Below are positions 10,385 through 21,399 of a stretch of DNA of 64,000 nucleotides, piece by piece. Source of the stretch: Escherichia coli (GTDB lineage Bacteria; Pseudomonadota; Gammaproteobacteria; Enterobacterales; Enterobacteriaceae); assembly GCF_009931435.1 (NCBI RefSeq), contig NZ_CP043414.1; one strand, given 5' to 3'. Every line of letters starts with the position of its first letter. Position 1 is the stretch's first letter. The notes under the pieces are model-generated. The model did no database searches. It was not told the origin of the DNA and saw nothing but the letters and a program-made list of their open reading frames with translations. A program made the position numbers and the translations under genes.

Positions 10385-11517
10385 TTATCAATAACGTCAA
10401 ACTGGTGCTGGAAAACGAAGTGGTACACGGTTCGCTGGAGGTGCAGGACGGCGAAATTCGCGCCTTTGCCGAAAGCCAGAGCCGCCTGCCAGAAGCGATG
10501 GACGGCGAAGGTGGCTGGCTGCTGCCGGGGCTGATTGAGCTGCATACCGACAACCTCGATAAATTCTTCACTCCGCGCCCGAAAGTGGACTGGCCTGCCC
10601 ACTCAGCGATGAGCAGCCACGACGCGCTGATGGTGGCGAGCGGCATCACCACGGTGCTGGATGCCGTGGCGATTGGCGACGTGCGCGACGGCGGCGATCG
10701 GCTGGAGAATCTGGAGAAGATGATCAACGCCATCGAAGAGACGCAGAAACGCGGGGTCAACCGCGCCGAGCACCGTCTGCACCTGCGCTGTGAACTGCCG
10801 CATCACACTACGCTGCCGCTGTTTGAAAAACTGGTGCAGCGCGAGCCGGTCACGCTGGTGTCGCTGATGGACCACTCGCCGGGCCAGCGCCAGTTCGCCA
10901 ATCGCGAGAAGTATCGCGAATATTACCAGGGCAAATACTCGCTCACCGATGCGCAGATGCAGCAGTACGAAGAGGAACAACTGGCGCTTGCCGCACGCTG
11001 GTCGCAGCCGAATCGCGAAACCATCGCCGCAATATGCCGCGCGCGACAAATTGCCCTCGCCAGCCACGATGATGCTACGCACGAGCACGTTGCCGAATCC
11101 CACCAGCTTGGCAGCGTAATCGCCGAATTTCCCACCACGTTCGAAGCGGCGGAAGCTTCGCGCAAGCATGGCATGAATGTATTGATGGGCGCGCCGAATA
11201 TTGTGCGCGGCGGTTCGCACTCCGGCAACGTGGCGGCAAGCGAACTGGCACAGCTTGGCCTGCTGGATATCCTCTCTTCCGACTACTACCCCGCCAGCCT
11301 GCTCGATGCGGCATTTCGCGTCGCCGATGACGAGAGCAACCGCTTTACGCTGCCGCAGGCGGTGAAGCTGGTGACTAAAAATCCGGCGCAGGCGCTTAAT
11401 CTTCAGGATCGCGGGGTGATTGGCGAGGGCAAACGCGCCGACCTGGTGCTGGCGCATCGCAAGGGCAACCACATTCATATCGATCACGTCTGGCGTCAGG
11501 GTAAAAGGGTGTTCTGA
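10381..11517 (+). CDS. phnM: Amidohydrolase-family phosphonate metabolism enzyme PhnM, 378 aa
   Basis: ORF track; ATGA overlap with phnL; metal-dependent hydrolase family. Confidence 0.9.
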   Translation: MIINNVKLVLENEVVHGSLEVQDGEIRAFAESQSRLPEAMDGEGGWLLPGLIELHTDNLDKFFTPRPKVDWPAHSAMSSHDALMVASGITTVLDAVAIGDVRDGGDRLENLEKMINAIEETQKRGVNRAEHRLHLRCELPHHTTLPLFEKLVQREPVTLVSLMDHSPGQRQFANREKYREYYQGKYSLTDAQMQQYEEEQLALAARWSQPNRETIAAICRARQIALASHDDATHEHVAESHQLGSVIAEFPTTFEAAEASRKHGMNVLMGAPNIVRGGSHSGNVAASELAQLGLLDILSSDYYPASLLDAAFRVADDESNRFTLPQAVKLVTKNPAQALNLQDRGVIGEGKRADLVLAHRKGNHIHIDHVWRQGKRVF

Positions 11518-12074
11518 TGACGGGAAAACTGATTTGGTTAATGGGGGCCTCTGGCTCCGGAAAAGACAGTCTGTTGACGGAACTCCGCCAGCGGGAACAA
11601 ACTCAGCTACTGGTAGCGCATCGCTACATCACGCGCGCCGCCAGCGCCGGAAGTGAAAACCATATCGCCCTGAGCGAGCAGGAGTTTTTTACCCGCGCGG
11701 GGCAGAACCTTCTGGCCTTAAGCTGGCACGCCAACGGCCTGTATTATGGCATCGGCGTCGAGATTGACCTCTGGCTACACGCCGGATTCGACGTGGTGGT
11801 CAACGGCTCACGCGCGCATTTGCCGCAGGCGCGGGCGCGCTATCAATCGGCTCTGCTGCCTATCTGTTTACAGGTGTCACCGGAGATCCTGCGCCAGCGT
11901 CTGGAAAACCGTGGTCGTGAAAATGCCAGTGAAATTAACGCCCGGCTGGCGCGCGCTGCCCGCTATACTCCTCAGGATTGTCTTACGCTCAATAATGACG
12001 GCAGCCTGCGCCAGTCGGTCGACAAGCTGCTGACGCTGATTCATCAGAAGGAGAAACACCATGCCTGCTTGTGA
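11517..12074 (+). CDS. phnN: Ribose 1,5-bisphosphate phosphokinase PhnN, 185 aa
   Basis: ORF track; P-loop [14 protein letters not shown] overlap with phnM. Confidence 0.9.
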   Translation: MTGKLIWLMGASGSGKDSLLTELRQREQTQLLVAHRYITRAASAGSENHIALSEQEFFTRAGQNLLALSWHANGLYYGIGVEIDLWLHAGFDVVVNGSRAHLPQARARYQSALLPICLQVSPEILRQRLENRGRENASEINARLARAARYTPQDCLTLNNDGSLRQSVDKLLTLIHQKEKHHACL

Positions 12075-12495
12075 GCTTCGTCCGGCCACGCAGTACGACA
12101 CCGACGCGGTTTACGCGCTGATTTGTGAGCTAAAACAGGCGGAGTTTGACCACCATGCGTTTCGCGTGGGCTTTAACGCCAACCTGCGCGACCCGAACAT
12201 GCGCTACCATCTGGCGCTGCTGGAAGGCGAAGTTGTCGGCATGATCGGCCTGCATTTGCAGTTTCATCTGCATCATGTCAACTGGATCGGCGAAATTCAG
12301 GAACTGGTGGTGATGCCGCAGGCGCGCGGTCTGAACGTCGGCAGTAAATTACTGGCATGGGCCGAAGAAGAAGCCCGCCAGGCCGGGGCCGAAATGACCG
12401 AGCTTTCCACCAACGTCAAGCGCCACGACGCGCACCGTTTCTATCTGCGCGAAGGCTACGAGCAGAGCCACTTCCGCTTCACCAAGGCGCTGTAA
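12061..12495 (+). CDS. phnO: Aminoalkylphosphonate N-acetyltransferase PhnO (GNAT family), 144 aa
   Basis: ORF track; 14-nt overlap with the phnN 3' end. Confidence 0.9.
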   Translation: MPACELRPATQYDTDAVYALICELKQAEFDHHAFRVGFNANLRDPNMRYHLALLEGEVVGMIGLHLQFHLHHVNWIGEIQELVVMPQARGLNVGSKLLAWAEEEARQAGAEMTELSTNVKRHDAHRFYLREGYEQSHFRFTKAL

Positions 12496-12496
12496 C

Positions 12497-13255
12497 ATGA
12501 GCCTGACCCTCACACTTACTGGCACTGGCGGCGCACAGGGTGTTCCCGCATGGGGCTGTGAGTGCGCGGCCTGCGCCAGAGCGCGGCGCTCACCGCAGTA
12601 TCGCCGCCAGCCATGCAGCGGCGTCGTGAAGTTTAACGACGCGATCACCCTGATCGACGCCGGACTGCACGATCTCGCCGATCGCTGGTCGCCCGGATCG
12701 TTCCAGCAGTTTTTGCTGACGCACTACCATATGGATCACGTGCAGGGGCTGTTTCCGCTGCGCTGGGGCGTGGGCGATTCGATCCCGGTCTACGGCCCGC
12801 CGGATGAACAGGGCTGCGACGATCTGTTTAAACATCCGGGCCTGCTTGATTTCAGCCACACGGTGGAGCCATTTGTGATGTTTGATTTGCAGGGATTACA
12901 GGTCACGCCGCTGCCGCTCAACCATTCGAAACTCACTTTCGGCTATCTACTGGAAACGGCACATAGCCGGGTGGCGTGGCTGTCTGACACCGCAGGCCTG
13001 CCGGAAAAAACGGTGAAATTTTTATGCAATAATCAGCCACAGGTAATGGTGATTGATTGCTGCCACCCACCGCGCGCGAATTCGCCACGCAATCACTGTG
13101 ATTTAAACACCGTGCTGGCGCTGAATGAAGTTATCCGCTCGCCGTGCGTGGTTCTGACACATATCAGCCATCAGTTTGATGCGTGGCTGATGGAGAACAT
13201 ACTGCCGTCAGGGTTTGAGGCGGGGTTTGATGGGATGGAGATTGGGGTGGAGTGA
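12497..13255 (+). CDS. phnP: Metallo-beta-lactamase-fold phosphodiesterase PhnP, 252 aa
   Basis: ORF track; HxHxDH motif (HYHMDH). Confidence 0.9.
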   Translation: MSLTLTLTGTGGAQGVPAWGCECAACARARRSPQYRRQPCSGVVKFNDAITLIDAGLHDLADRWSPGSFQQFLLTHYHMDHVQGLFPLRWGVGDSIPVYGPPDEQGCDDLFKHPGLLDFSHTVEPFVMFDLQGLQVTPLPLNHSKLTFGYLLETAHSRVAWLSDTAGLPEKTVKFLCNNQPQVMVIDCCHPPRANSPRNHCDLNTVLALNEVIRSPCVVLTHISHQFDAWLMENILPSGFEAGFDGMEIGVE

Positions 13256-13289
13256 TGGGTGAGGGGCGATGCCTGCTCTAAACTCAACA

Positions 13290-13598
13290 TCACCGCCCAT
13301 ACTCATCTTCCATTCTCCGCTCTTCATCTTCTAGCTGCCGACGCTCCTGATCCAGCTGGCGCTGGCGATCGTCCAGCTGCCTGCGGCGATCTTCATATTG
13401 TCTGCGCCGATCGTCGTTCACTTCACGCTGCCAGCCGTCGTCGCGCCAATCTTCATAGTCTCGCCCACGGTCAGGGTTATAAGCATCGTTAATCGCCTGC
13501 TGAATATTGCCAATGGTGTCGTCGATAATATCGGCCTGGGCCGGAACGGTGGACAGCGTGAGCAGGGTGAATAAAAGAAATAGCGGAAAACGTTTCAT
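13290..13598 (-). CDS. yjdP: Small secreted protein YjdP, 102 aa, with a highly charged R/D/E/Q-rich C-terminal half
   Basis: ORF track; signal-peptide-like N-terminus MKRFPLFLLFTLLTLSTVPAQA, then low-complexity RRRQ/DDRQR repeats. Confidence 0.7.
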   Translation of the reverse strand: MKRFPLFLLFTLLTLSTVPAQADIIDDTIGNIQQAINDAYNPDRGRDYEDWRDDGWQREVNDDRRRQYEDRRRQLDDRQRQLDQERRQLEDEERRMEDEYGR

Positions 13599-13666
13599 TA
13601 GCCAACCTCAAAAAGAAACTCTATCCACATTAGTCATTACTCATCCATGCAAGTAGTGGATGAATC

Positions 13667-13984
13667 TCAATTTTTCCGCTGCTCTATTGCCGTAATCGCC
13701 TCCACGCGTTGTTGATGACGACCGCCTTCGTACTGCGCGCCCAGCCACGCATCCACAATCATTTTTGCCAGTTCGAGGCCAACCACTCGTGAACCAAAAG
13801 CCAGTGCAACTTCACTGGCGTAATGCGGATAATCAGTGCGCTCTGACGACCTGGTTTCTTTATCAATCCCCTCACTCATTGACCATGAATAAAAGGCTGG
13901 CACAGCAACGCAGAATCCTGCGGTGCCAGCGACATGACCGCCCATTGCTCCGGTACGTTTTTTAATAAGAAACACCGGTTGCAT
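13667..13984 (-). pseudogene. rpiB: rpiB-derived remnant: chimeric 105-codon ORF whose C-terminal part matches ribose-5-phosphate isomerase B but which lacks the central third of the protein
   Basis: Translation contains SSERTDYPHYASEVALA joined directly to FGSRVVGLELAKMIVDAWLGAQYEGGRHQQRVEAITAIEQRKN (RpiB-like), preceded by ~40 residues that do not resemble the RpiB N-terminus as I recall it. Confidence 0.6.
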
Positions 13985-14236
13985 TGATTAATTGTGCTCA
14001 GTATTTGCCGAAGTACAATATATATAATAAATATATAAAACACCTCATATTATTTACAGAGATAATAAATTCGCGTACTTTTCCCTCTTCAGCACAAATG
14101 CCTAATAAAATGGCTCGTTCCGCTCACACTTCCACTTATTAAAATCGCAATTTCCCAATTATGATAACGCCAGCTTTAAATGACGTATTTTGCATGGATT
14201 ACATATTTACGACACAAATGATAAATGGAGATTTAT

Positions 14237-16222
14237 ATGAATAACTCTCGGTTATTCCGTTTGAGCAGGATTGTTATTGCGTTAACTGCCGCCAGCGGCA
14301 TGATGGTAAATACCGCTCACGCAACAGATGAAGCGAAAGCCGCCACTCAATATACCCAACAGGTTAATCAGAATTACGCCAAATCATTACCGTTTAGCGA
14401 TCGTCAGGATTTTGACGATGCCCAGCGCGGATTTATCGCCCCGCTGCTGGATGAAGGTATTCTGCGCGATGCGAATGGCAAAGTTTACTACCGCGCGAAT
14501 GATTACAAATTTGATATTAATGCCGCTGCGCCGGAAACCGTAAACCCCAGCCTGTGGCGTCAGTCGCAGATCAACGGCATTTCTGGTCTGTTCAAAGTCA
14601 CCGATAAAATGTATCAGGTGCGCGGCCAGGATATCTCTAACATTACATTCGTTGAGGGCGAGAAAGGCATTATTGTTATCGACCCACTGGTGACGCCGCC
14701 TGCCGCAAAAGCCGCACTTGACCTTTACTTCCAGCATCGTCCGCAAAAACCGATTGTTGCTGTTATTTACACCCACAGCCACGCCGACCATTATGGCGGT
14801 GTGAAAGGCATTATCTCTGAAGCGGATGTTAAATCTGGCAAAGTGCAGGTGATCGCTCCGGCAGGCTTTATGGACGAAGCCATCAGCGAAAACGTGCTGG
14901 CGGGTAACATCATGAGCCGCCGTGCGCTCTACTCTTACGGTCTGTTACTGCCGCACAACGCGCAAGGCAACGTGGGCAACGGCCTGGGCGTGACGCTGGC
15001 AACGGGCGACCCGAGCATTATTGCGCCAACCAAAACGATTGTCAGAACTGGCGAGAAGATGATTATCGACGGCCTGGAGTTTGACTTCCTGATGACTCCG
15101 GGTAGCGAAGCGCCAGCCGAAATGCACTTCTATATTCCGGCCCTGAAAGCCCTGTGTACCGCCGAAAACGCCACGCATACCCTGCACAACTTCTACACCC
15201 TGCGCGGCGCGAAAACCCGCGATACCAGCAAGTGGACAGAGTATCTGAACGAAACGCTGGATATGTGGGGTAACGACGCGGAAGTACTGTTTATGCCGCA
15301 CACCTGGCCGGTCTGGGGCAATAAGCATATCAATGATTATATTGGTAAATATCGCGATACTATCAAATACATTCACGACCAGACCCTGCACCTGGCGAAC
15401 CAGGGTTACACCATGAATGAAATTGGCGACATGATTAAGCTGCCACCTGCGCTTGCCAATAACTGGGCCAGCCGCGGCTATTACGGTTCTGTTAGCCACA
15501 ACGCCCGTGCAGTGTATAACTTCTATCTCGGCTATTATGACGGCAATCCAGCTAACCTACATCCGTACGGTCAGGTGGAGATGGGCAAACGTTACGTGAA
15601 AGCGCTGGGCGGTTCCGCCCGTGTCATCAACCTGGCGCAAGAAGCGAACAAGCAAGGGGATTACCGCTGGTCAGCAGAGTTGCTGAAACAGGTGATTGCC
15701 GCCAATCCGGGTGACCAGGTGGCGAAGAATCTGCAAGCGAATAACTTTGAACAGCTGGGCTATCAGGCCGAGTCCGCCACCTGGCGCGGTTTCTACCTGA
15801 CCGGCGCAAAAGAGCTGCGCGAAGGGGTGCATAAGTTCAGCCACGGCACCACGGGTTCTCCGGACACCCTTCGCGGGATGTCGGTCGAAATGCTGTTCGA
15901 CTTTATGGCCGTTCGCCTCGATAGCGCGAAAGCCGCAGGTAAGAATATCAGCCTGAACTTCAATATGAGCAACGGCGATAACCTCAACCTGACGCTGAAC
16001 GATAGCGTGCTTAACTACCGTAAAACGCTGCAACCTGAAGCCAACGCCTCTTTCTACATCAGCCGTGAAGATCTTCACGCCGTGCTGACCGGACAAGCCA
16101 AAATGGCGGATCTGGTAAAAGCGAAGAAAGCCAAAATTATTGGCAATGGCGCGAAACTGGAAGAAATTATTGCCTGTCTGGATAATTTCGATTTGTGGGT
16201 GAATATCGTAACCCCAAATTAA
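14237..16222 (+). CDS. yjcS: Metallo-beta-lactamase-fold alkyl/aryl-sulfatase family protein YjcS, 661 aa
   Basis: ORF track 14225..16222; start placed at ATG 14237 ([21 protein letters not shown], signal peptide); HSHADH motif. Confidence 0.85.
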   Translation: MNNSRLFRLSRIVIALTAASGMMVNTAHATDEAKAATQYTQQVNQNYAKSLPFSDRQDFDDAQRGFIAPLLDEGILRDANGKVYYRANDYKFDINAAAPETVNPSLWRQSQINGISGLFKVTDKMYQVRGQDISNITFVEGEKGIIVIDPLVTPPAAKAALDLYFQHRPQKPIVAVIYTHSHADHYGGVKGIISEADVKSGKVQVIAPAGFMDEAISENVLAGNIMSRRALYSYGLLLPHNAQGNVGNGLGVTLATGDPSIIAPTKTIVRTGEKMIIDGLEFDFLMTPGSEAPAEMHFYIPALKALCTAENATHTLHNFYTLRGAKTRDTSKWTEYLNETLDMWGNDAEVLFMPHTWPVWGNKHINDYIGKYRDTIKYIHDQTLHLANQGYTMNEIGDMIKLPPALANNWASRGYYGSVSHNARAVYNFYLGYYDGNPANLHPYGQVEMGKRYVKALGGSARVINLAQEANKQGDYRWSAELLKQVIAANPGDQVAKNLQANNFEQLGYQAESATWRGFYLTGAKELREGVHKFSHGTTGSPDTLRGMSVEMLFDFMAVRLDSAKAAGKNISLNFNMSNGDNLNLTLNDSVLNYRKTLQPEANASFYISREDLHAVLTGQAKMADLVKAKKAKIIGNGAKLEEIIACLDNFDLWVNIVTPN

Positions 16223-16231
16223 TGCCACTCA

Positions 16232-16268
16232 CTTTTGGGGGCGCTTAAGCCCCCAAAAGTATTTATTT
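16232..16268 (+). terminator. Rho-independent terminator downstream of yjcS
   Basis: CTTTTGGGGGC-GCTTAA-GCCCCCAAAAG hairpin followed by a T-rich run. Confidence 0.7.
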
Positions 16269-16430
16269 TAAAAATACATACAACCAATTAATACATAAAA
16301 TATATAAGTTATGAATGCGGTGGCTGAATAAAGCTATTTTTATTCATCGAGAAAATAGCCATACTGACGCCTTCAATGGATATTGATATTCACTACAGAT
16401 ATTGTTCGCAGCAGACAGGATGTATTTAAT

Positions 16431-16706
16431 ATGCCAACAGTTCTCTCTCGCATGGCGATGCAACTCAAAAAAACAGCCTGGATAATTCCCGTCTTCATGG
16501 TTTCGGGATGCTCATTATCTCCGGCAATCCCGGTGATCGGCGCTTATTATCCCAGCTGGTTTTTCTGCGCCATTGCCAGCCTTATTTTGACGCTCATCAC
16601 GAGGCGAATTATTCAGCGGGCAAATATCAATCTGGCATTTGTCGGAATTATTTATACCGCCCTTTTTGCTCTCTACGCCATGCTGTTCTGGCTGGCATTT
16701 TTCTAA
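16431..16706 (+). CDS. ytcA: Small membrane lipoprotein YtcA, 91 aa
   Basis: ORF track frame 16383..16706; start at ATG 16431 (MPTVLSRMAMQLKKTAWIIPVFMVSGCS, lipobox). Confidence 0.75.
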   Translation: MPTVLSRMAMQLKKTAWIIPVFMVSGCSLSPAIPVIGAYYPSWFFCAIASLILTLITRRIIQRANINLAFVGIIYTALFALYAMLFWLAFF

Positions 16707-16724
16707 TCTATTTGAGACGCGCTC

Positions 16725-17756
16725 ATGGAAAGTACGCCGAAAAAAGCTCCTCGCAGTAAATTCCCTGCTCTGTTAGTGGTTGCGTTGGCGCTGGTTGCCC
16801 TTGTTTTCGTTATCTGGCGCGTAGACAGTGCGCCATCAACTAATGACGCCTACGCGTCAGCAGATACCATTGATGTGGTGCCGGAAGTCAGCGGTCGCAT
16901 TGTAGAACTGGCGGTCACCGACAACCAGGCGGTGAAACAGGGCGATTTGCTGTTCCGCATCGACTCGCGCCCGTACGAAGCCAATCTGGCGAAAGCCGAA
17001 GCCTCCCTCGCGGCGCTGGATAAGCAAATTATGCTCACCCAGCGTAGCGTTGACGCACAACAGTTTGGTGCCGACTCGGTTAATGCCACGGTAGAAAAAG
17101 CCCGTGCCGCCGCGAAACAGGCCAGTGATACATTACGCCGCACCGAGCCATTACTGAAAGAAGGTTTCGTCTCAGCGGAAGACGTTGACCGTGCAAGAAC
17201 GGCGCAGCGCGCCGCAGAAGCAGATCTTAATGCCGTATTGTTGCAGGCGCAGTCAGCCGCCAGCGCCGTCAGCGGCGTGGATGCGCTGGTGGCGCAACGT
17301 GCGGCAGTGGAAGCGGATATTGCGTTGACGAAACTGCATCTGGAAATGGCGACCGTTCGCGCGCCGTTTGATGGCCGAGTCATTTCCCTCAAAACCTCGG
17401 TTGGGCAATTTGCTTCTGCCATGCGCCCTATTTTCACCCTAATCGACACTCGTCACTGGTACGTGATCGCCAACTTCCGCGAAACCGATCTGAAAAATAT
17501 TCGCTCGGGTACACCCGCAACGATTCGCCTGATGAGCGACAGCGGCAAAACCTTCGAGGGTAAAGTGGATTCGATTGGCTACGGCGTGCTACCGGATGAC
17601 GGCGGTCTGGTGCTGGGCGGCCTGCCGAAAGTGTCTCGTTCTATTAACTGGGTCCGCGTTGCCCAGCGTTTTCCGGTCAAAATCATGGTTGAAAAACCTG
17701 ACCCGGAAATGTTCCGCATCGGCGCTTCGGCAGTCGCTAATCTTGAGCCGCAATAA
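16725..17756 (+). CDS. mdtN: Multidrug efflux membrane-fusion protein MdtN, 343 aa
   Basis: ORF track; HlyD/EmrA-type periplasmic adaptor features. Confidence 0.9.
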   Translation: MESTPKKAPRSKFPALLVVALALVALVFVIWRVDSAPSTNDAYASADTIDVVPEVSGRIVELAVTDNQAVKQGDLLFRIDSRPYEANLAKAEASLAALDKQIMLTQRSVDAQQFGADSVNATVEKARAAAKQASDTLRRTEPLLKEGFVSAEDVDRARTAQRAAEADLNAVLLQAQSAASAVSGVDALVAQRAAVEADIALTKLHLEMATVRAPFDGRVISLKTSVGQFASAMRPIFTLIDTRHWYVIANFRETDLKNIRSGTPATIRLMSDSGKTFEGKVDSIGYGVLPDDGGLVLGGLPKVSRSINWVRVAQRFPVKIMVEKPDPEMFRIGASAVANLEPQ

Positions 17757-19807
17757 TGAGCGCGCTCAACTCCCTGCCATTACCGGTGGTCAGGCTGCTG
17801 GCGTTCTTTCATGAAGAGTTAAGCGAGCGGCGACCAGGCCGCGTGCCGCAGACTATGCAACTCTGGGTAGGCTGCTTGCTGGTGATTCTGATCTCGATGA
17901 CTTTTGAGATCCCTTTTGTGGCGTTATCACTGGCAGTGCTGTTTTACGGTATTCAGTCGAACGCGTTTTACACCAAATTTGTCGCGATCTTGTTTGTGGT
18001 CGCCACGATGCTGGAAATCGCCAGCCTGTTTTTGATCTACAAATGGTCATATGGCGAACCGTTGATCCGATTGATCATTGCCGGACCGATCCTGATGGGC
18101 TGTATGTTTTTGATGCGCACCCATCGGTTGGGGCTGGTCTTTTTCGCCGTCGCCATTGTCGCTATTTACGGGCAAACCTTCCCCGCCATGCTCGACTATC
18201 CGGAAGTGGTCGTGCGCTTAACGCTGTGGTGTATCGTTGTCGGCCTCTACCCGACGTTATTGATGACGTTAATCGGCGTGCTGTGGTTTCCCAGCCGTGC
18301 TATCACGCAGATGCATCAGGTGCTTAATGATCGGCTTGATGATGCCATTAGCCACCTGACGGACAGCCTCGCACCGCTACCCGAAACGCGGATTGAAAGA
18401 GAGGCGCTGGCGCTGCAAAAACTCAATGTCTTTTGCCTCGCGGACGATGCCAACTGGCGAACTCAGAGCGCATGGTGGCAAAGCTGCGTGGCAACGGTAA
18501 CCTACATTTACTCGACGCTGAATCGCTACGATCCCACCTCTTTTGCTGATTCTCAGGCAATTATTGAATTTCGGCAAAAATTAGCCTCAGAAATCAACAA
18601 ACTGCAGCATGCCATTGCCGAAGGTCAGCGCTGGCAAAGCGACTGGCGGATCACTGAAAGTGAAGCGATGGCGGCACGGGAATGTAACCTGGAGAATATC
18701 TGCCAGACATTGTTGCAACTGGGTCAGATGGACCCAAATACGCCGCCAACGCCCGCCGCCAAACCGCCATCAATGGTCGCCGATGCTTTTACCAATCCAG
18801 ACTATATGCGCTACGCGGTAAAAACGCTGCTCGCCTGTTTGATCTGTTACACCTTCTACAGCGGCGTGGACTGGGAAGGCATTCACACCTGTATGCTGAC
18901 CTGCGTGATCGTCGCTAACCCCAATGTCGGTTCGTCGTACCAGAAGATGGTGTTGCGTTTTGGCGGGGCTTTTTCCGGCGCAATTCTGGCGCTGTTATTC
19001 ACGCTACTGGTCATGCCCTGGCTGGACAATATTGTCGAATTGCTATTTGTGCTGGCACCGATTTTCCTGTTAGGCGCATGGATTGCCACCAGCTCTGAAC
19101 GCTCTTCTTATATCGGCACACAGATGGTGGTCACCTTCGCGCTCGCCACGCTCGAAAACGTTTTTGGCCCGGTGTACGACCTGGTGGAAATTCGCGATCG
19201 CGCCCTGGGTATCATCATTGGTACCGTGGTGTCCGCGGTGATTTACACCTTTGTCTGGCCTGAAAGTGAAGCGCGCACACTGCCGCAAAAACTGGCTGGC
19301 GCGCTGGGTATGTTGAGTAAAGTAATGCGGATCCCACGCCAGCAGGAAGTCACGGCTCTGCGCACTTATCTGCAAATTCGTATAGGTCTGCATGCGGCGT
19401 TTAATGCCTGTGAAGAGATGTGCCAACGCGTGGCGCTGGAGCGTCAACTGGACAGCGAAGAACGCGCGTTACTGATTGAACGTTCGCAAACGGTTATTCG
19501 TCAGGGCCGCGATATTCTTCACGCCTGGGATGCAACCTGGAACTCGGCGCAGGCGCTGGATAACGCACTACAGCCGGACAGAGCAGGCCTGTTTGCCGAC
19601 GCACTGGAGAAATACGCCGCCGGCCTGGCAAGCGCATTCAGTCGTTCTCCTCAAATAACGCTTGAAGAAACACCCGCCTCGCAGGCCATTCTGCCGACCT
19701 TATTAAAACAGGAGCAACACGTCTGCCAGCTTTTCGCCCGCTTGCCAGACTGGACAGCCCCGGCATTAACGCCCGCCACGGAACAGGCACAAGGAGCCAC
19801 GCAATGA
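17756..19807 (+). CDS. mdtO: Multidrug efflux inner-membrane protein MdtO (aromatic acid exporter family), 683 aa
   Basis: ORF track; overlaps the mdtN stop. Confidence 0.9.
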   Translation: MSALNSLPLPVVRLLAFFHEELSERRPGRVPQTMQLWVGCLLVILISMTFEIPFVALSLAVLFYGIQSNAFYTKFVAILFVVATMLEIASLFLIYKWSYGEPLIRLIIAGPILMGCMFLMRTHRLGLVFFAVAIVAIYGQTFPAMLDYPEVVVRLTLWCIVVGLYPTLLMTLIGVLWFPSRAITQMHQVLNDRLDDAISHLTDSLAPLPETRIEREALALQKLNVFCLADDANWRTQSAWWQSCVATVTYIYSTLNRYDPTSFADSQAIIEFRQKLASEINKLQHAIAEGQRWQSDWRITESEAMAARECNLENICQTLLQLGQMDPNTPPTPAAKPPSMVADAFTNPDYMRYAVKTLLACLICYTFYSGVDWEGIHTCMLTCVIVANPNVGSSYQKMVLRFGGAFSGAILALLFTLLVMPWLDNIVELLFVLAPIFLLGAWIATSSERSSYIGTQMVVTFALATLENVFGPVYDLVEIRDRALGIIIGTVVSAVIYTFVWPESEARTLPQKLAGALGMLSKVMRIPRQQEVTALRTYLQIRIGLHAAFNACEEMCQRVALERQLDSEERALLIERSQTVIRQGRDILHAWDATWNSAQALDNALQPDRAGLFADALEKYAAGLASAFSRSPQITLEETPASQAILPTLLKQEQHVCQLFARLPDWTAPALTPATEQAQGATQ

Positions 19808-21270
19808 TCAATCGTCAACTTTCACGCCTGCTGTTGTGCAGCATTCTCGGCAGCACGACGCTGATTTCCGGCTGTGCCCTGGTACGTAAGGATTCTGCGC
19901 CTCATCAACAGCTCAAACCGGAACAAATCAAACTGGCCGATGATATTCATCTTGCCAGCTCCGGTTGGCCGCAGGCGCAGTGGTGGAAACAACTCAATGA
20001 CCCGCAGTTGGATGCTTTGATCCAACGGACGCTAAGTGGTTCACACACCCTCGCCGAAGCGAAACTGCGGGAAGAAAAAGCGCAGTCGCAGGCCGATTTG
20101 TTAGATGCCGGTTCACAATTACAGGTCGCAGCGTTAGGGATGCTCAACCGCCAACGTGTCTCGGCGAACGGCTTTTTAAGCCCTTATGCTATGGATGCGC
20201 CAGCACTGGGTATGGACGGGCCGTACTATACGGAAGCCACAGTCGGTTTGTTTGCCGGACTGGATCTTGATTTGTGGGGTGTGCATCGCTCAGCGGTTGC
20301 CGCCGCCATTGGCGCGCATAATGCAGCGCTGGCAGAAACCGCAGCAGTAGAGCTATCGCTGACCACGGGCGTAGCGCAGCTTTATTACAGTATGCAGGCC
20401 AGCTATCAGATGCTCGATCTGTTAGAACAAACTCGCGATGTGATTGATTACGCGGTGAAAGCGCACCAGAGCAAAGTGGCGCACGGCCTGGAAGCGCAAG
20501 TGCCTTTCCACGGCGCGCGGGCGCAGATTCTGGCGGTCGATAAACAAATTGCTGCCGTTAAAGGGCAAATCACCGAAACGCGAGAATCTCTGCGTGCATT
20601 GATTGGCGCAGGAGCCAGCGATATGCCGGAGATCAAAGCGGTGGCATTACCGCAAGTCCAGACCGGTATTCCGGCGACACTCTCTTATGAGTTGCTCGCC
20701 AGACGCCCGGATCTGCAAGCCATGCGTTGGTATGTTCAGGCGTCATTAGATCAGGTGGATTCCGCGCGGGCGCTGTTCTACCCGAGCTTTGATATCAAAG
20801 CATTTTTCGGCCTTGATGCCATCCACCTGGATACCTTATTCAAAAAAACCAGTCGCCAGTTCAATTTCATTCCTGGTCTGAAATTACCGCTGTTTGATGG
20901 TGGACGGTTGAATGCCAATCTCGAAGGCACGCGCGCCGCCAGCAACATGATGATTGAACGTTACAACCAGTCAGTACTGAATGCGGTGCGCGACGTTGCA
21001 GTCAACGGCACGCGTCTGCAAACGCTCAACGACGAGCGGGAGATGCAGGCAGAACGCGTAGAAGCAACGCGCTTCACCCAGCGCGCTGCCGACGCCGCCT
21101 ACCAACGAGGCTTAACCAGTCGCTTACAGGCCACCGAAGCCCAGTTGCCGGTGCTTGCCGAAGAGATGTCATTACTGATGCTGGACAGCCGCCGGGTGAT
21201 CCAAAGCATTCAGTTGATGAAATCGCTGGGTGGCGGGTATCAGGCGGCTCCCGTCGTCGAGAAAAAATAA
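19804..21270 (+). CDS. mdtP: Outer-membrane efflux factor MdtP (TolC/OprM family lipoprotein), 488 aa
   Basis: ORF track; lipobox LISGCA; 4-bp overlap with mdtO. Confidence 0.9.
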   Translation: MINRQLSRLLLCSILGSTTLISGCALVRKDSAPHQQLKPEQIKLADDIHLASSGWPQAQWWKQLNDPQLDALIQRTLSGSHTLAEAKLREEKAQSQADLLDAGSQLQVAALGMLNRQRVSANGFLSPYAMDAPALGMDGPYYTEATVGLFAGLDLDLWGVHRSAVAAAIGAHNAALAETAAVELSLTTGVAQLYYSMQASYQMLDLLEQTRDVIDYAVKAHQSKVAHGLEAQVPFHGARAQILAVDKQIAAVKGQITETRESLRALIGAGASDMPEIKAVALPQVQTGIPATLSYELLARRPDLQAMRWYVQASLDQVDSARALFYPSFDIKAFFGLDAIHLDTLFKKTSRQFNFIPGLKLPLFDGGRLNANLEGTRAASNMMIERYNQSVLNAVRDVAVNGTRLQTLNDEREMQAERVEATRFTQRAADAAYQRGLTSRLQATEAQLPVLAEEMSLLMLDSRRVIQSIQLMKSLGGGYQAAPVVEKK

Positions 21271-21299
21271 AATGTCAGCCGCGTGATGGCTGTCACGCG

Positions 21300-21345
21300 G
21301 TATTTCGTTTCGTCACGTCAAAACTGACGACAGCCTGTTTTTCGT
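21300..21345 (+). promoter_or_regulatory. Putative FhlA upstream activating sequence for fdhF
   Basis: Inverted repeats TCGTCACGTCAAAAC-TGACGACAG about 80-110 bp upstream of the sigma54 promoter; assigned by position and symmetry only. Confidence 0.35.
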
Positions 21346-21399
21346 CAGAGTTTTGAACAAATAGTGCCCGTAATATCAGGGAATGACCCCAAATAAAAT

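Noticed and set aside
10603-11487. 294-codon minus-strand ORF inside phnM
   Set aside because: Antisense shadow of phnM with Arg/Ala/His-rich composition; no supporting features.
13667-13984. Intact rpiB gene
   Set aside because: The ORF is only 105 codons against ~149 expected for RpiB, with the central region missing and a non-matching N-terminus; called a remnant/pseudogene instead.
16850-17449. 199-codon minus-strand ORF inside mdtN
   Set aside because: Antisense shadow ORF, Ala/Ser-rich, overlapping a confidently assigned gene.
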